Below are positions 12,056 to 26,500 of a stretch of DNA of 64,000 bases, piece after piece. The DNA is from Octopus sinensis (Eukaryota): the NCBI RefSeq assembly GCF_006345805.1, contig NC_043025.1:4712001-4776000 (forward strand), in the 5' to 3' direction. How positions within the stretch are numbered: the stretch's first letter is position 1; each line of letters starts with the position of its first letter. The position numbers and the translations under genes were made by a program. Below the pieces are notes generated by a model. The model searched no databases, was not told where the DNA came from, and saw only the letters and a program-made list of their open reading frames with translations.

Positions 12056-12509
12056 TATATATATTGTTTTGTTTTGTACTGGCTTTCTTTTCTTGTAGTG
12101 GTGGTGGCTGTGGAAAATTGTTGGAGTGGTGAGGATGGGGTGGCGGTGGCAGGGTGGCGGTGATTAGTTATGGTGGTGGCGGTGGGGGAGTGAGTTGTCA
12201 TGGTGGTGGCAGGGGTGGTGATTTATTGGGGTGGCGGCGGTGGTGACTTGTCATGGTAGTGGTGTCAGCAGAGGGGGGAGTGAGTTGTTGTGGTGGGGGT
12301 GAATTGTTGGAGTGCCGGCGCAGTAGTGACTTGTTAGGGTGGTGGTGGTGGTGGTGGTGGTGACCTACTGTGATTGTTATGGTGGTTGTGCATGTTTGGT
12401 GGGTAAGTGTCGTTGTGTTGGTTCGAGTGATGGTAGTGGTGGCGACTAATGATTAAGATTATTGATTGTCCATGGTCTGGATGTTCTGTTTGTGTATGTT
12501 ACTGTTACC

Positions 12510-12958
12510 CCCAGCAGCAGCACCATCGCCACCGCCCCCACCACCATCATACCCACCACAAACACCACCACCATCACCATTGTCATCATCATCACCACTG
12601 CCAACATCCACCACAGTCATCACCACAAACACTACTGTCACCATCAACGCTGCAACCATCACACTCACCACTAACACCACCACTAGCATTACCATCTCTG
12701 CCAACACATCCACCACAACTAACACCACCACCAATACTACCACCACTGTAATCTTCAACACCAATATCACCAATGCCACAACAATCACCACCACCACCAC
12801 CATCTCTACCTTTACTGCTGTCACCACCACTACCACCACCACCACAACCACCATCTTTATTACTACTACTGCCAATGTTACAAACACCGTTGCTGGACAC
12901 CAACACCAACACCGCATCAACATTAGTACATTCTTTATCACATCGTCATCATCATCAT
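12510..12958. repeat. ACC-rich low-complexity segment, duplicated at ~15839-16291
   Basis: Shared unique blocks such as catccaccacagtcatcaccacaaacactactgtcacc and acaaacaccgttgctggacaccaacacc. Confidence 0.85.
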
Positions 12959-13473
12959 ATTGGAGTACGGGATTCAAGCCTCATCTCCTTATCCCCTCAA
13001 AGACATACATCATCTCGAAAGTGTCCAGAAGCTGGCTACCTGCATGGTTCTTGGCCTCAAGCATTTGTCTTATGAAAAGAGGCTGAAGACGCTCGACCTT
13101 TATTCTCTAGAAAAACGCCGCCGCCGTGGTGATCTCATTCTTGCTCACAACGTCATAAGCGGAAAGTGTAACCTCTCGAAAGAGCTGTTCTTCACTCCTG
13201 CTCCAGAGCGTCGGCTGCGGAGTCACTCCGAAAAGCTCTATCTGCGACGATTTCATCTCAATCGAAGGAAAGGGGCTTTCTCCGTCCGGGTTGCGGATCC
13301 GTGGAATAAGCTGCCAGACGAGATAGTGAAGATGCCGACGACTGCTCGGTTCAAAGTCTCTGTTGACCAGAAATGGCCTGAACTCTTTACATGAACACCA
13401 CCCTGTACATAACTCCATGTCCCCCTACATGGCCTTGCTTCTTGCTTTTTTAGGCAAAAAATTATCTTAACCT
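12959..13473 (+). mobile_element. 5'-truncated CR1-clade LINE (ORF2 C-terminus and 3'UTR)
   Basis: LEYGIQ..LESVQKLAT..LSYEKRLKTLDLYSLEKRRRRGDLI..FSVRVADPWNKLP, a typical CR1 ORF2 end. Flanked by (ATC)n on both sides. Confidence 0.9.
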
Positions 13474-13745
13474 ATCATCATCATCAAACGTCTGTTTCCC
13501 ATGCTGGCATGGGTTGGACAGTTTGACAGGGGCTGGCTGGCTGGTGTGCCCTGGGCTCCATTTGTCTCTCTTAGCATGCTCTCTATGGCTGGGTGCCCTT
13601 CCTAATGCCAGCCACTTTACAGAGTGTCCTGGGTGCTTTTAACATGGCACCACCACAGGTGCTTTTATGTGGAACCGGCACAGGGGCTTTTACAGAACAC
13701 TGGCACTGATAGCTTTTACGTGGCACCGGCACCCATGTACCAACA
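13474..13745 (-). mobile_element. RTE LINE 3'UTR fragment
   Basis: catcatcaaacgtctgtttcccatgctggcatgggttggac..gggtgcccttcctaatgcc. Confidence 0.7.
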
Positions 13746-13819
13746 AAACTGAAACCCCTCAGCTGAGAGAGAGAGAGTGACCTAGACGCCATGCCTGTGT
13801 GTATGGGCAGCCACAATTT

Positions 13820-14190
13820 TACTTAGCTTGTACAGCTCTCACCAACCACTCATCTATCCCTAGCTTCCACATTACCCACCAAATAAGGAAGTGGAAGATT
13901 CTATCAAAGGCTTTCTCCATGTCAACAAAAGCCAAGTACAGAGGTTTATTTTTGGCTAAATACTTCTATAATTACCTCATCAAGAGATAACATCAGTAGT
14001 GCTTTTCCCTGGCTCAAAACCAAACTGCATCTCATCTAGACTAACTCTCTTCCTAATTAGTTGAGCTTATAACCCTCTCTCTAACTTTCATCTCCTGATC
14101 CAACAGTTTGATACCTCTGTAACTATTTCTCTCTAAGGCACCACCTTTGCCTTTGTAGCAGGTGACTATGATGCTACTACACCTGTTGTT
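13820..14190 (-). pseudogene. RTE-clade reverse transcriptase fragment (degenerate)
   Basis: SIIVTCYKGKG.ALERNSYRGIKLLDQ..ERVI, QFGFEPGKSTTD, YLAFVDMEKAFDR, KLGIDEWLVRAVQ, with stops and frameshifts. Confidence 0.85.
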
Positions 14191-14789
14191 GGGTGTGTAA
14201 AGGAACTGTCTGGAACAGGTTGTGTCTTTTGCACAGTTTGGGTGCAACACAATTTCCTTCTTTGTTTCCAAAAACTACCGGCGTCAGGAACAAGAAAGCA
14301 ACCTTAGAAAATATGACCCTTTATTTCATTATTTACATAACTACCTTGTAAATGAACACCGACAGATAAAAAAACATATATACGTATACTGAGCGTAGAA
14401 CCAGATGGGAAACAGACACTGAGGGTCCCTAATTTTTCATCAGACACCAACCGGAATGGTGATATTTAGTTTCGCACCATTAACAAGACAGAACTTCCCA
14501 TATCGGTGGTGCCTGTGAAAGCCGCAGAGAATGTTGGGCCTCAAGCAAACAAAACAACACAGAGTGGACACACGAACACACATGTAAATATGTATATGTG
14601 TTTGTGTGTATAGTGAGGCTGTATTTCAATATCGACTCACGATGATATTCACATACACACAACCTTTCCGTATGACATAGATAGGGAAGCTGGACTGGTA
14701 AATTGGTAATCCCTTGGGGTTGGTACAGCAAGACTGAAGTTAAACCTCACAACTCCAGCAGCAACAGAACCGGTCAAATCCCAAGCGTC

Positions 14790-15221
<432 letters not shown>

Positions 15222-15838
15222 GATATATATATAGGGGGATGATTGGGATCCCGTGGATGAGAAAGGCGCAATTCAGAGAGGAGTGGACAGCGTGCTGTGA
15301 CCAGCGGTGTCAAATGGATGCCTGACGGACTGGTCAGTCAAGGAGAGATATATATATACACATACACCAACACACACACAGAGGTATACACATATACAAA
15401 CACAGACATAGGCTGATAAACACGTTTTCTCTCTTCAACAAACGCCATAGAATTCTCATTCCCAGTTTTTAGCGCATGTGCATTAGGGAACTTCCTTAGG
15501 CCTTTCCAGAAGGTTCCAGCCCCGCACACGCACACTGAAGAATGACGTCACTACAGGTGTAACTCTCTCATGGACAAGCATCATTAACTATATGGTTGGC
15601 TAGGTCATATCCTACGCCACCAGGTATTTTAAGCATTTCAACAGTGATTCCTGATGGGCCAGGGGCTCCCCCTTCTTATCCTTAACTGCTTCATCTACTA
15701 AGCTACTATTGATTTGAATAGCTAGTCCCTCTCTTGGGTCCGCATTCCTCCCTGATCAAAAGGGGGAACTGGAGCAACGTAAAATGAAGTGTTTTGCTCA
15801 AGAACACAACATGCCACCCTGTCAGGGAATTGAACCCA

Positions 15839-16291
15839 CTACCACTACTACCACACTCATTGCCATCACCACCAACACCACCACCACCACCACCATCATA
15901 CTCATTACAACCACCATCACCATCACCACCATCATCATTGTGATCATCACCACTGCCAGCATCCACCACAGTCATCACCACAAACACTACTGTCACCATC
16001 AACGCTGCAACCATCACACTCACCACTAACACCACCATCTCTGCCAACACATCCACCACCAATACTACCACCACTGTAATCTTCAGCACCAACATCACCA
16101 ATGCCACAACAACCACCACCACCATCTCTACCTTTACTGCTGTCACCACCACTACCACCACCACCACAATAAGCTTTAATACTACTACTGCCAATGTTAC
16201 AAACACCGTTGCTGGACACCAACACCAACACCGCATCAATATTAGTACATTCTTTATCACATTGTCATCATCATAATCATCAAACGTCTGT
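15839..16291. repeat. Second copy of the ACC-rich segment, inserted in a SINE head
   Basis: Flanked by the 20-bp direct repeat ctgtcagggaattgaaccca (15819-15838 and 16288-16307). Confidence 0.8.
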
Positions 16292-16389
16292 CAGGGAATT
16301 GAACCCATGATCTAGTGATCATGAACGCAACATCCTAACCACTAGGCCATGTGCTTATTACACCACATTATTCTTTGTAGTAATAATAT

Positions 16390-16795
16390 TCTTTACTCTT
16401 TTACTCTTTTACTTGTTTCAGTCATTTGACTGCGGCCATGCTGGAGCACCGCCTTTAGTCGAGGAAATCGAGCCCGGCACTTATTCTTTGTAAGCCCAGT
16501 ACTTATTCTATCGGTCTCTTTTGCCGAACCGCTAGGTGACGGGGACGTAAACACACCAGCATCGGTTGTCAAGCAATGCTAGGGGGACAAACACAGACAC
16601 ACATACATATATATATATATAGATATATACGACAGGCTTCTTTCAGTTTCCGTCTACCAAATCCACTCACAAGGCATTGGTCGGCCCGGGGCTATAGCAG
16701 AAGACACTTGCCCAAGATGCCACGCAGTGGGACTGAACCCGGAACCATGTGGCTGGTTAGCAAGCTACTTACCACACAGCCACTCCTGCGCCTAT
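16390..16795 (-). mobile_element. SINE family A, full length
   Basis: Reverse complement of all family A blocks. Confidence 0.85.
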
Positions 16796-16808
16796 AATAC
16801 ATAACTTT

Positions 16809-16908
16809 NNNNNNNNNNNNNNNNNNNNNNNNNNNNNNNNNNNNNNNNNNNNNNNNNNNNNNNNNNNNNNNNNNNNNNNNNNNNNNNNNNNNNNNNNNNN
16901 NNNNNNNN
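16809..16908. other. Assembly gap (100 N)
   Basis: Run of N. Confidence 1.
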
Positions 16909-17059
16909 TCAGTGTCAGTCTACTAAATCCACTCATAAGGCCTGAGGCTATAGTAAAAGACACTTGCCCAAGGTGCCATGCAGTGGGATTGAACCTGGAA
17001 CCATGTGGTTGGGAAGTAAGCTTACCACACCGCCACTCCTGCGCCTATATATATATATA

Positions 17060-17455
17060 TTTTTTTTTTATTTGTTTGTTTCAGTCATTTGACTGTGGCC
17101 ATGCTGGAGCACCACATTTAGTCAAAGAAATTGACCCCTGGACTGATTCTTTGTAAGCCTGGTACTTATTCTATCAATATCTTCTGTCGAACCGCTAAGT
17201 TACGGGGACATAAACACACCAACATCAGTTGTCAAGTGATGGTGGGGAAGGGAAAAAACACAGACACAAAGACACACACATACATATATATGTATATGAT
17301 GGGCTTCTTTCAGTTTCCGTCTACAAAATCCACTCACAAGGCTTTGGTTGGCCCAAAGTTATAGTAAAGAACACCTGTCCAAGATGCCACGCAGTGGGAC
17401 TGAACCTGGATCCAAGTGGTTGGTTAGCAAGCTACTTACCACACAGCCATGCCCA
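17060..17455 (-). mobile_element. SINE family A (diverged)
   Basis: Reverse complement of family A blocks. Confidence 0.8.
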
Positions 17456-17634
17456 TGCCTTGTCTTCCATAATGCAACTTGCTTTAGTTCCAGAACATCA
17501 TCTCCAAGCCAGACACTTGCCAAACAGGTCTAAGTCCCACATAGACATGTGTGGGTGTGTGTGAACAATTTCTAGTTCTCTTGTCATTTATTTAATTTCT
17601 CGTGTGTGTGTGTTGTGTGTGTGTTTTGTGTGTG

Positions 17635-17860
17635 TTTATATATATTTATATATTGTTAATCCAAACAAGAAAGCACAAAAAAACACAACAACGTGAGGAC
17701 GTGGAACAGATATAGTATTATTGGACGCTCAGGAAAGAAGGGAAGAAGAAGGGTTTAACGTTTTGAGCGGAGCTCTTCGTCGGAAACACAAGAGAAGAAA
17801 AGATCCAGAGAAGGGAAGACAGAGGAAAAAAAATCGCCAATGGTACACACGCGGTTACAT
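17635..17860 (-). mobile_element. Penelope-like pseudo-LTR fragment
   Basis: Homologous to 6500-6660 (ctcaggaaag..gtttaac.ttt.gagc..gctcttc.tcggaaaca..agaagggaagac). Confidence 0.5.
17753..17787 (-). ncRNA. Minimal hammerhead-like motif, probably inactive (AAAA in place of GAAA)
   Basis: Reverse complement: GTTT-CCGACGA-A-GAGC(tcc)GCTC-AAA-ACGT-T-AAAC, with palindromic ACGT stem III. Confidence 0.45.
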
Positions 17861-18222
17861 TTTGAATGCATTTTGAATATATATTTATATATATAGATAC
17901 ATGGCTTAGTGCAACCCACAGTATTGTGGGTACCATGCAGTTTGCAGGACTACAGACCCTGGAGTTGGTGTTGCAACAGCGTCATGCTGGGGGAGGTGGG
18001 GTAGAACAGGTTACTGCAGGGCCACTCAGAGACCCACAGAGACATGGGACAAAGTACTGGAGGACGATCTCAGAATGAGCCTTGCTGATTCGACGGTCAT
18101 TCAGAATGCTCACAGCAGCCATATTCCTACACACACACACAAAAACACACACACATACACACACACACACAAACACACACATTATTAACGTCTGCTTTTA
18201 TGCTCAGTTGTAATAAAAACCA

Positions 18223-18471
18223 GATATTATAAATTTCTAAATATCTCATTGAGATATGTACGGTGGTGGAGCGATAGAATAGTTGTATACCATCAACTTA
18301 ACGTGACAGTAAGGGAATTACACCACTGCTATTTAGCCCTAGGAAGCATCGGTGCTTCCTGTCGGCCTTGACACATTTCCTGTGTCCTTATATATTACGA
18401 AGGGGAGACAAACACCCAACAGCAGGCCTAGCTGTTGGGGGTGTTTGTCTCCCCTTCGTATACAACCACTC
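18223..18471. mobile_element. Unclassified fold-back element, copy 1, with 14-bp flanking duplication
   Basis: tgtaataaaaacca at 18209-18222 and 18472-18485. Hairpin tacgaaggggagacaaacaccc..gggtgtttgtctccccttcgta. Homologous to 42990-43343. Confidence 0.65.
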
Positions 18472-18729
18472 TGTAATAAAAACCATTCCACATTAAACTG
18501 ATAAGTCTCTCTATATTTTTGTAGAGTACAAATTTATTATTCTTAGAGAAGAATGTTGATAGTAAGTTTTTATTAGCTAAGCCATCATCAGACTATGATG
18601 CATTGGAGTTAGTCTTGTCTTTATATAATCTCTGTCGAGTGTTAAAATCATTTTTGGGTGTGTGGGTTTGAGTGGAGTGGTAGTTAGGGTTTTATGTTGA
18701 TTGTTATGGAAAGGTGTTTTGGAAAAGTT

Positions 18730-19690
18730 TTTACTACTCTTTACTCTCTCTTTTACTCTTTTACTTGTTTCAGTCATTTGACTGCGGCCATGCTGGAGCA
18801 CCGCCTTTAGTCAAGCAAATCAACCCCGGGACTTATTCTTTGGAAGCCCAGTACTTATTCTATCGGTCTCTTTTGCCAAACCGCTCAGTGACGGGGACGT
18901 AAACACACCAGCATCGGTTGTCAAGCAATGCTAGGGGGACAAACACTGACACACAAACACACACACGCATACATATATATATATACATATATACGACAGG
19001 CTTCTTTCAGTTTCCGTCTACCAAATCCACTCACAAGGCTTTGGTCGGCCCGAGGCTATAGCAGAAGACACTTGCCCAAGATGCCACGCAGTGGGACTGA
19101 ACCCGGAACCATGTGGTTGTTAAACAAGCTACTTACCACACAGCCACTCCTGCGCCTATATATATATATATACATATATACGACAGGCTTCTTTCAGTTT
19201 CCGTCTACCAAATCCACTCACAAGGCTTTGGTCGGCCCGAGGCTATAGCAGAAGACACTTGCCCAAGATGCCACGCAGTGGGACTGAACCCGGAACCATG
19301 TGGTTGGTTAGCAAGCTACTTACCACACAGCCACTCCTGCGCCTATATATATACAACAGGCTTCTTTCAGTTTCCGTCTACCAAATCCACTCACAAGGCT
19401 TTGGTTGGCCCGAGGCTATAGCAGAAGACACTTGCCCAAGATGCCACGCAGTGGGACTGAACCCGGAACCATGTGGTTGGTTAGCAAGCTACTTACCACA
19501 CAGCCACTCCTGCACCTATATATATACGACAGGCTTCTTTCAGTTTCCGTCTACCAAATCCACTCACAAGGCTTTGGTTGGCCCGAGGCTATAGCAGAAG
19601 ACACTTGCCCAAGGTGCCAGGCAGTGGGACTGAACCCGGAACCATGTGGTTGGTTAGCAAGCTACTTACCACACAGCCACTCCTGTGCCT
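18730..19690 (-). mobile_element. SINE family A with four tandem 5' halves
   Basis: The ~165-bp head unit starts at ~18993, 19180, 19353 and 19526, each separated by (TA)n. Confidence 0.85.
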
Positions 19691-20774
19691 ATGCTGAAAT
19701 TTGGAGTGAAGTTATTGTTTAGAATTTATTCATGCATATAGAAATTTGTAAACAAGCCTGTAGGTGTTTCCCTTTTGTTAGGTAGGCACAGGGTGTGACT
19801 GTTTTTGTTGCTTTTAGTATTATTAGATTCAATTCTTTTACTTTGACAATGCAAAGGTCAAAGGTACAAAGTCCAGTATTTAAGCCCTTAGCAATTGGGT
19901 GTGTCATATATTTGTGTGTGTGCGATCACATAAGCAGCAAGACTATCAGATCTTGCTACACATTGCTGATCTCAATAGCACATTACATTCTCTTTTAGCC
20001 TTTGAATGACACCACACCACTGGCAAGGTGAGTAGGCTGACATTCCCCACCCTGAGGGAACGGAGGGCTGGAGCAACCTGAAATGAAGTGTTTTGCTCAA
20101 CAACACAACCCGTTGCCTAATCTGGGAATGAACCCACAATCCAGTGATCATGGGTGTAACAGCCTGACCATGCAGCTTCGTGCATGCACACACACGCATA
20201 TATATGTGTGTGTATTCGATGGGATTCTTTCAGTTTCCGTCTACCAAATCCACTCACAAGGCTTTGACTGGCCCGAGGCTATAGTAGAAGACACTTGCCC
20301 AAGGTTCCACATAGTGGGACTGAACCCAGAACCATGTGGTTGAGAAGCAAGCTTCTTACCACACAGCCATATCCAAGACCTTTTGAGATATGCTGCACTT
20401 GAGAAGACCCGGTAAGCCAAGTGAGATCGTAACCGTGGCCTATGCCAGTGCAGCATTTTAAAATATTTCTGGTGCCTTCATGCAATACTCAGGCTTTACC
20501 CACATGGCACAAGCTAAAACAGGACAACAGGATAGGATAGCTTGTTGTGTCATCGGCCTCTTTCAGTTTCTGCCAAAGAAATCCATGCACAAGTCTTTGG
20601 TCAGTACATGGCAACAGCAAGTAGAATAAGACAACCAGGCCAACGTGCCATACAGTGGGACTGAACCCAGAACCATGAGGTTTGGAAACAAACCACTAAC
20701 CCACACAACCATGGCTGTTTAAAATTTGGTGGTCAGTCCACTTAGCCGTAAACAAGTACCACAGTGGTTCATCA

Positions 20775-21062
20775 TCATCATCATCATCGTTTAATGTCCG
20801 TTTTCTATGCTAGCATTGGTTGGACGGTCCAACCGGGGATCTGTGAAGCCAGAAGGCTGCACCAGGCTCCAGTCTGATCTGGCAATGTTTCTACAGCTGG
20901 ATGCCCTTCCTAACACCAACCACTCCGTGAGTGTAGTGGATGCTTTTCACGTGCCACCTGCACAGATGCCAGGTGAGGCTGGCAATGGCCACGATCGGAT
21001 TGGTGCATTTTACGTGCCACCGGTATGGAAGCCAGTCAAGGCGGAACTGGCATCGGCCACAA
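20775..21062 (-). mobile_element. RTE LINE 3'UTR fragment
   Basis: (CAT)n-cgtttaatgtccg..ctacagctggatgcccttcc. Confidence 0.75.
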
Positions 21063-21319
21063 TTTGATATATAAATGGTTCCATATAGTAAATGCTAGAG
21101 GCTGTATGTTACTGACATTAACCTGCGATGACGGTCACGAGAAGCCTCACAAATTCTTCACCCAAGAATAAGTTGCTTTTAAGGATGTTTAATAGATTTA
21201 GATAAAAGTACAGTTTGACTATTGTTTTTATCTTGTCTGATGCTGTAAGTAAAGTGAGCAGACCAAAACCAAAACATACACATTCCATACTTCATGACAT
21301 GCTAGCATTTATATATATA

Positions 21320-21324
21320 AACAT

Positions 21325-21365
<41 letters not shown>

Positions 21366-21407
21366 CATGCATGCATCTGTATATACACACACACAAATAC
21401 ATTTAAA

Positions 21408-21446
<39 letters not shown>

Positions 21447-21519
21447 AAGAAAAGTATTTGCATGCATATATATATATACATGTGTGTATATACAAGCATA
21501 CACACACACCACACACACA

Positions 21520-21564
<45 letters not shown>

Positions 21565-21700
21565 CAGATATATACATACACAAACGAAAACATTTGCATG
21601 CATACATATATATATGCATGTGTTGTGTGTGTGTATGTATACACACAAATACATTTACAATCATATATGTATGTATATATATATATATATATATAATATA

Positions 21701-21733
<33 letters not shown>

Positions 21734-21770
21734 TACATACAGAAACAAAAACATTTGCATGCATGCATGC

Positions 21771-21809
<39 letters not shown>

Positions 21810-21900
21810 TGCTTGGGTATGCCTGTGCATGCATGCATGTCATTGCATGTGTGGATCTGTGTGTGTGTATGTGCATACACACACACACGCATGCATGCAG
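21320..21900. repeat. Compound (CA)/(TA)/(CATG) microsatellite field
   Basis: Direct reading. Confidence 0.9.
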
Positions 21901-22288
21901 ACACATAATTACCTAAATTCCAATGAAGGAACCTTGTTTTCTGGGTAGGAAAATGGCTCTTTTCTCTGTGAGGGAAGTTTTAAAAATAAAACCAGAAGAA
22001 CAAGTGTACATATATATATAAGTGCACACACACACACACACACGTCACATACAATGCATATATAAAATACACACAGACACACATACAGGCACACACATAC
22101 AGACAGACACACACACACATGTTGCATCTATTTTAAACATTCAGTGAATCAGCAAGGAAGCTGCAAATGAAAGATGAAGGCAAAACCTTGTATGGTTAGT
22201 TGTCTAGAGAGTATAATTGTGGTGTTGGTGGTGGTGGTGGCGGCATGATGCGATGATGGTAGCTCTGTTGATGTAGCAGCAGTGGCAT

Positions 22289-22304
22289 AATAATAATATT
22301 AATG

Positions 22305-22344
<40 letters not shown>

Positions 22345-22400
22345 CAATAATAATAATGATAATAATGATAATAATAATAATGATAATAATAATAATGATA

Positions 22401-22432
<32 letters not shown>

Positions 22433-22493
22433 GATAATGATAATAATGATAATAATAATAAGGATAATAATAATGATAATAATAATAATAATG

Positions 22494-22524
<31 letters not shown>

Positions 22525-23257
22525 TAATATTAATGATAAATACTACTATAATAATGATAATATTAGATAATAATACTAATAATATGATAACTTAAATGAT
22601 AATAATACTAATAATAATGATAATGATAATAATAATGATAATAATAATAATGATAATAATAATAATGATAATAATAATGATAATAATAATAATAATGATA
22701 ATAATAATAATAATAATAAAATAATAATGATAATATTAATGATAATAATACTAATAATAATGATAATATTAATGATAATAATACTAATAATAATGATAAT
22801 GATAATAATAATGATAATAATAATAATGATGATAATGATAATAATGATAATATTAATGATAATAATACTAATAATAATGATAATATTAATGATAATAATA
22901 CTAATAATAATGATAATGATAATAATAATGATAATAATAATGATGATAATAATAATAATGATAATATTAATGATAATAATACTAATAATAATGATAATAT
23001 TAATGATAATAATACTAATAATAATGATAATGATAATAATAATGATAATAATAATAATGATGATAATGATAATAATAATAATGATACTAATAATAATAAT
23101 AATGATGATAATGATGATAACAATAATAATAATGATAATAATAATAATGATGATAATGATAATAATAATAATGATACTAATAATAATAATAATGATAATG
23201 ATGATAACAATAATGATAATGAATAATAATGATAATGATAATATAATAATAATAATA
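22289..23257. repeat. (AAT)n/(GAT)n microsatellite, ~970 bp
   Basis: Direct reading; a gataatattaatgataataatact block repeats about every 115 bp. Confidence 0.95.
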
Positions 23258-23532
23258 CAATTCTTTTTATTGGCCACAAGGGCTAACCGCATGATTACAT
23301 AAAGGACAAGACAGGACGAAAGGTTACAAAGGGTTTTGCCGTTTTTAAAAACATCGAGTAAAAATCTTTATAACAACTTATAAAATTCAACAATGAAAAA
23401 CTCCCAAAATGGGGAGACGTCTCGAATGTTCCCGGTGGAAAAACCCTACAAAAGCCAACGGGAGCCTGGTCAAAAAAAAGGGGGTGTAGAGAGTCCCCTT
23501 CTTCTCCTTTTACATTACCTTTTTCTTTGAAA

Positions 23533-26500
23533 TCACAGGCGAACCTGAGAACTGGTCCATTTATACAGGCCAGTCTCGCACAATTCACCCACCTTTCATA
23601 AAACTTGCTATCGGACAGCACTTTCCTCTCTAACCTCATCTTCCTTTTCAAGTGAAACTTGAAAAAGTTGATGAGGCCTTGACCAAAGAGGAAAGTGTCT
23701 GACTTTAGCCCTTTCAAACGAGTCCACCACACGACTTCTTTCGCCACAGCCACAAGGCACAAGAAAACGGCCTCGCCCTCCTTGTTAAAGGAGGTCGGCG
23801 GGGCAATCTTCACTATGGATTCGGCCGATAGTCGGATCCGTCCTACACGTGACAGTAGCTGTTCGACATAACCCATATTTCAGCAATACTCGGGCACTGG
23901 ACGAGTGCGTGCAGAACGGTTTCGTCGTCATCCTGGCAACACCTCGGGCAGGCCCGGCTGACGGCACTTCTGTGCCGGTAGAGTTTATCTCGAACAGGCA
24001 GAGCCCCTCGTAGCACTGCCAGGCGAGAGACCTCTGGAAATTATCCATCGGCCCCGGCCCGAAAGTCCTCCCGAACAGACCGCTCAGTTCGTCGTCTTCA
24101 ACGCCTAGAGTTTCCCCGAGAACGTCGTCGCATTTTTCCTCCACTAACCCTCTATAGAAAGCTAGAGTGGAGCTGTAACCGACCGCATTGCCCGCCTGGT
24201 GGAGGGCGGAGAGGGCTTGACGGCACTCGAGGTGCCAAGCGCCCTTTCTCGTCTACGTTTGATCCAGGTCTGCAGCTCCGTCAAAGAGACGAGCTGCGGA
24301 AAATCGCGTCTGACAAAAGACGACCACACCTGTTCACCGTCTAGGAAGCGCTTGAGATGCCGCAGCCTGAGCGCATGTCTGCGCAACAGCAACCACGGCA
24401 TTCCAAGGCCTCCGTTCAGCGGTCGTTGACAGCAGATGGATCGCCTGACCAGTGGCACCTGACCCTTCCACACAAAAGTCGAAGAGCAGGCGTACCAGCT
24501 TGGCCAACCAGCGGTCGGGACAAGGGACGACGGTCAAGCGGTAATAGATGACGGATGCGATGTACGCATTCGCCACCTCCGCTCGACCTTTCAGGGACAG
24601 CTTCCTCTCGGCCCATTTCTGGGAGAGACGTGCCACCCTGCTCGTCACCTCTTCCCAGTTCTTATCCACCTGGAGGTCCGGACCGAACCAGACCCCGAGC
24701 AGTTTAACGGGTCCGTCTGTCCACGCCCTACGACGCTGTTGGACGGCATGGGCTTGCCTCTCCAGGTGCCCAGTTGCAAGCCCACAGACTTTCCGCGTTA
24801 ATCTTTGCCCCTGTCACCGCTTCGTACTGGTTTAGCGTCTCGCCAATCAGGCCAATGTGCCTGTGCTCGACACACCACCACGGTGACGTCGTCGGCATAA
24901 GCAGACACGCTGTTTCCGCCTCCTAGATCGCGCGGGATGCCCCTCAAAGCCTCCACTTGCGCAGTAATGGCTCGAGAGTCAAAGTGTACAAGAGGGAGGA
25001 GAGAGGGCATCCTTGGCGGACCGAACGCGAGATGTCGAACGGTTCCGAAAGGTGACCGTTCACCCGTATCACCGAGCAGATGTTGCTGTATAAAGCAGCG
25101 ATCCACCCGCGGAAGACTGGACCGAAGCCGGCTGCCTTGAGGACAGCTGCCAGGTATCGAAGGCTTTACTCTGTTCTCAAGTTGATCAAAGCCCCACCCG
25201 CGCCAGCGTCGTTACCCACCCTCTCTATGATGTAGCGCATGAGATGGAGGTTGTCGTGTATCGACCTGGTCGGCACGGCGCAGTCTGCGTCCCGCCGACC
25301 AGCTTGTCCACGACAAGCGCCAATCTCTTTGCTAGCACCTTGGCCAAAATCTTCAACTCTGCATTGAGCAGAGTGATGGGCCGGAAATTCCCTATAACGT
25401 CCCCCTTGTTTGGGTCCTTCTTTAGCAAAGCCACCACCCCTCGACAGACAAAAGCAGGAATTCTCCCGTTTTGCTGCCAGTTGCAGTAGACGTTTGCCAA
25501 CAGGTCCGCAACAAGTCTGGCATTGAAAAGTAAAGCTCGTAGGGCAGACCATCCAAACCCGGCGATCTACCTCTCGTGCAACTCTTCATCGCTTCCTGTA
25601 CTTCCCAGGCAGATATCGGTCCTTCGCAGCACTCTGCCTCGCTGTCCGAGAGTTGCGGCAGTCCGTCCAGGTACACACCGAAGTCTGTACCGTTGGTGTC
25701 CGTTCCACCGCTCGTCCCAACATTGAGCAAAGTGCCGCTGAAGCACCGTACACATCTGCTTCGGTTGGGTAACCTCGCGCCCTTCTGGTCCACCAAAGAC
25801 CGAATGGTGCTCTGTTGCCTCGCTTCGCCTCCGCCACGCGGGCCCATCGAGCGGCTTAGTCCCCTCCCCGCTTAGCGAACGTGCCTTAGCTCTGACAACG
25901 CAGCCTTCGTGTTTGGCGTCGAAGTGTTGGTCGAGGGCCAACCTTGCCGCCAACACGTCGGTCGCGATGCCAGTGTCAAGAGCCTCGTCTAGTTTCTTAA
26001 CTAAATCCCGCTCTCTCTCCCTACGTTCAATAGCTAGAGTCTTACTATACCTAATCGACTCTACTCTAATTGCTCTCTTGAGGGCAAACCACCAGTTGTT
26101 GTTGATGATTGCCCCCGTGAGCGCCGCTTAACTAGTAAACTAATCCGGTCTCTGTAAGCTTTGCACGCCGTTAACGACGCGTTCAGCTTCCAGTAGCCGG
26201 GTCCCTGTCTATGTAGCCTATCTAAGTCGACCGTACAGATCACTAATTTGTGGTCCGTATATTCGACTAGGTGGAATTGTGGACACCCTACGCTGTCCTT
26301 ATCCGCTGGCCTACAAAACACTCTATCTAAGTACGATCTAGACGACCCGATGCGGTTTGTCCAAGTCCACATTGGCACATTCGGGTTGTCTAGTCGAAAC
26401 CTGTCGACAGCTGAAAGCGGCCGAGTAGTTGGCGAGGCTCTTGCACCCCTCCCCCTCTCCTATCAGACTCCCCCCTGCCCACCCATCTAAACGTTCGTCT

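Noticed and set aside
12080-12960. GGT-rich tract facing an ACC-rich tract as a large inverted repeat
   Set aside because: Only the composition is complementary; no unique blocks align.
12449-13086. 206-aa Pro/Thr-rich ORF with a signal-peptide-like start, resembling a mucin
   Set aside because: ACC low complexity is open in most frames, the ORF runs out of frame into a CR1 fragment, and the duplicate at 15839 does not keep it.
14430-14500. CTGATGA on the minus strand with an upstream GAAA (possible hammerhead)
   Set aside because: Stems II and III do not pair and stem I is offset from the core.
18570-18610. gtctgatgatggc on the minus strand
   Set aside because: No GAAA or stem II follows the core.
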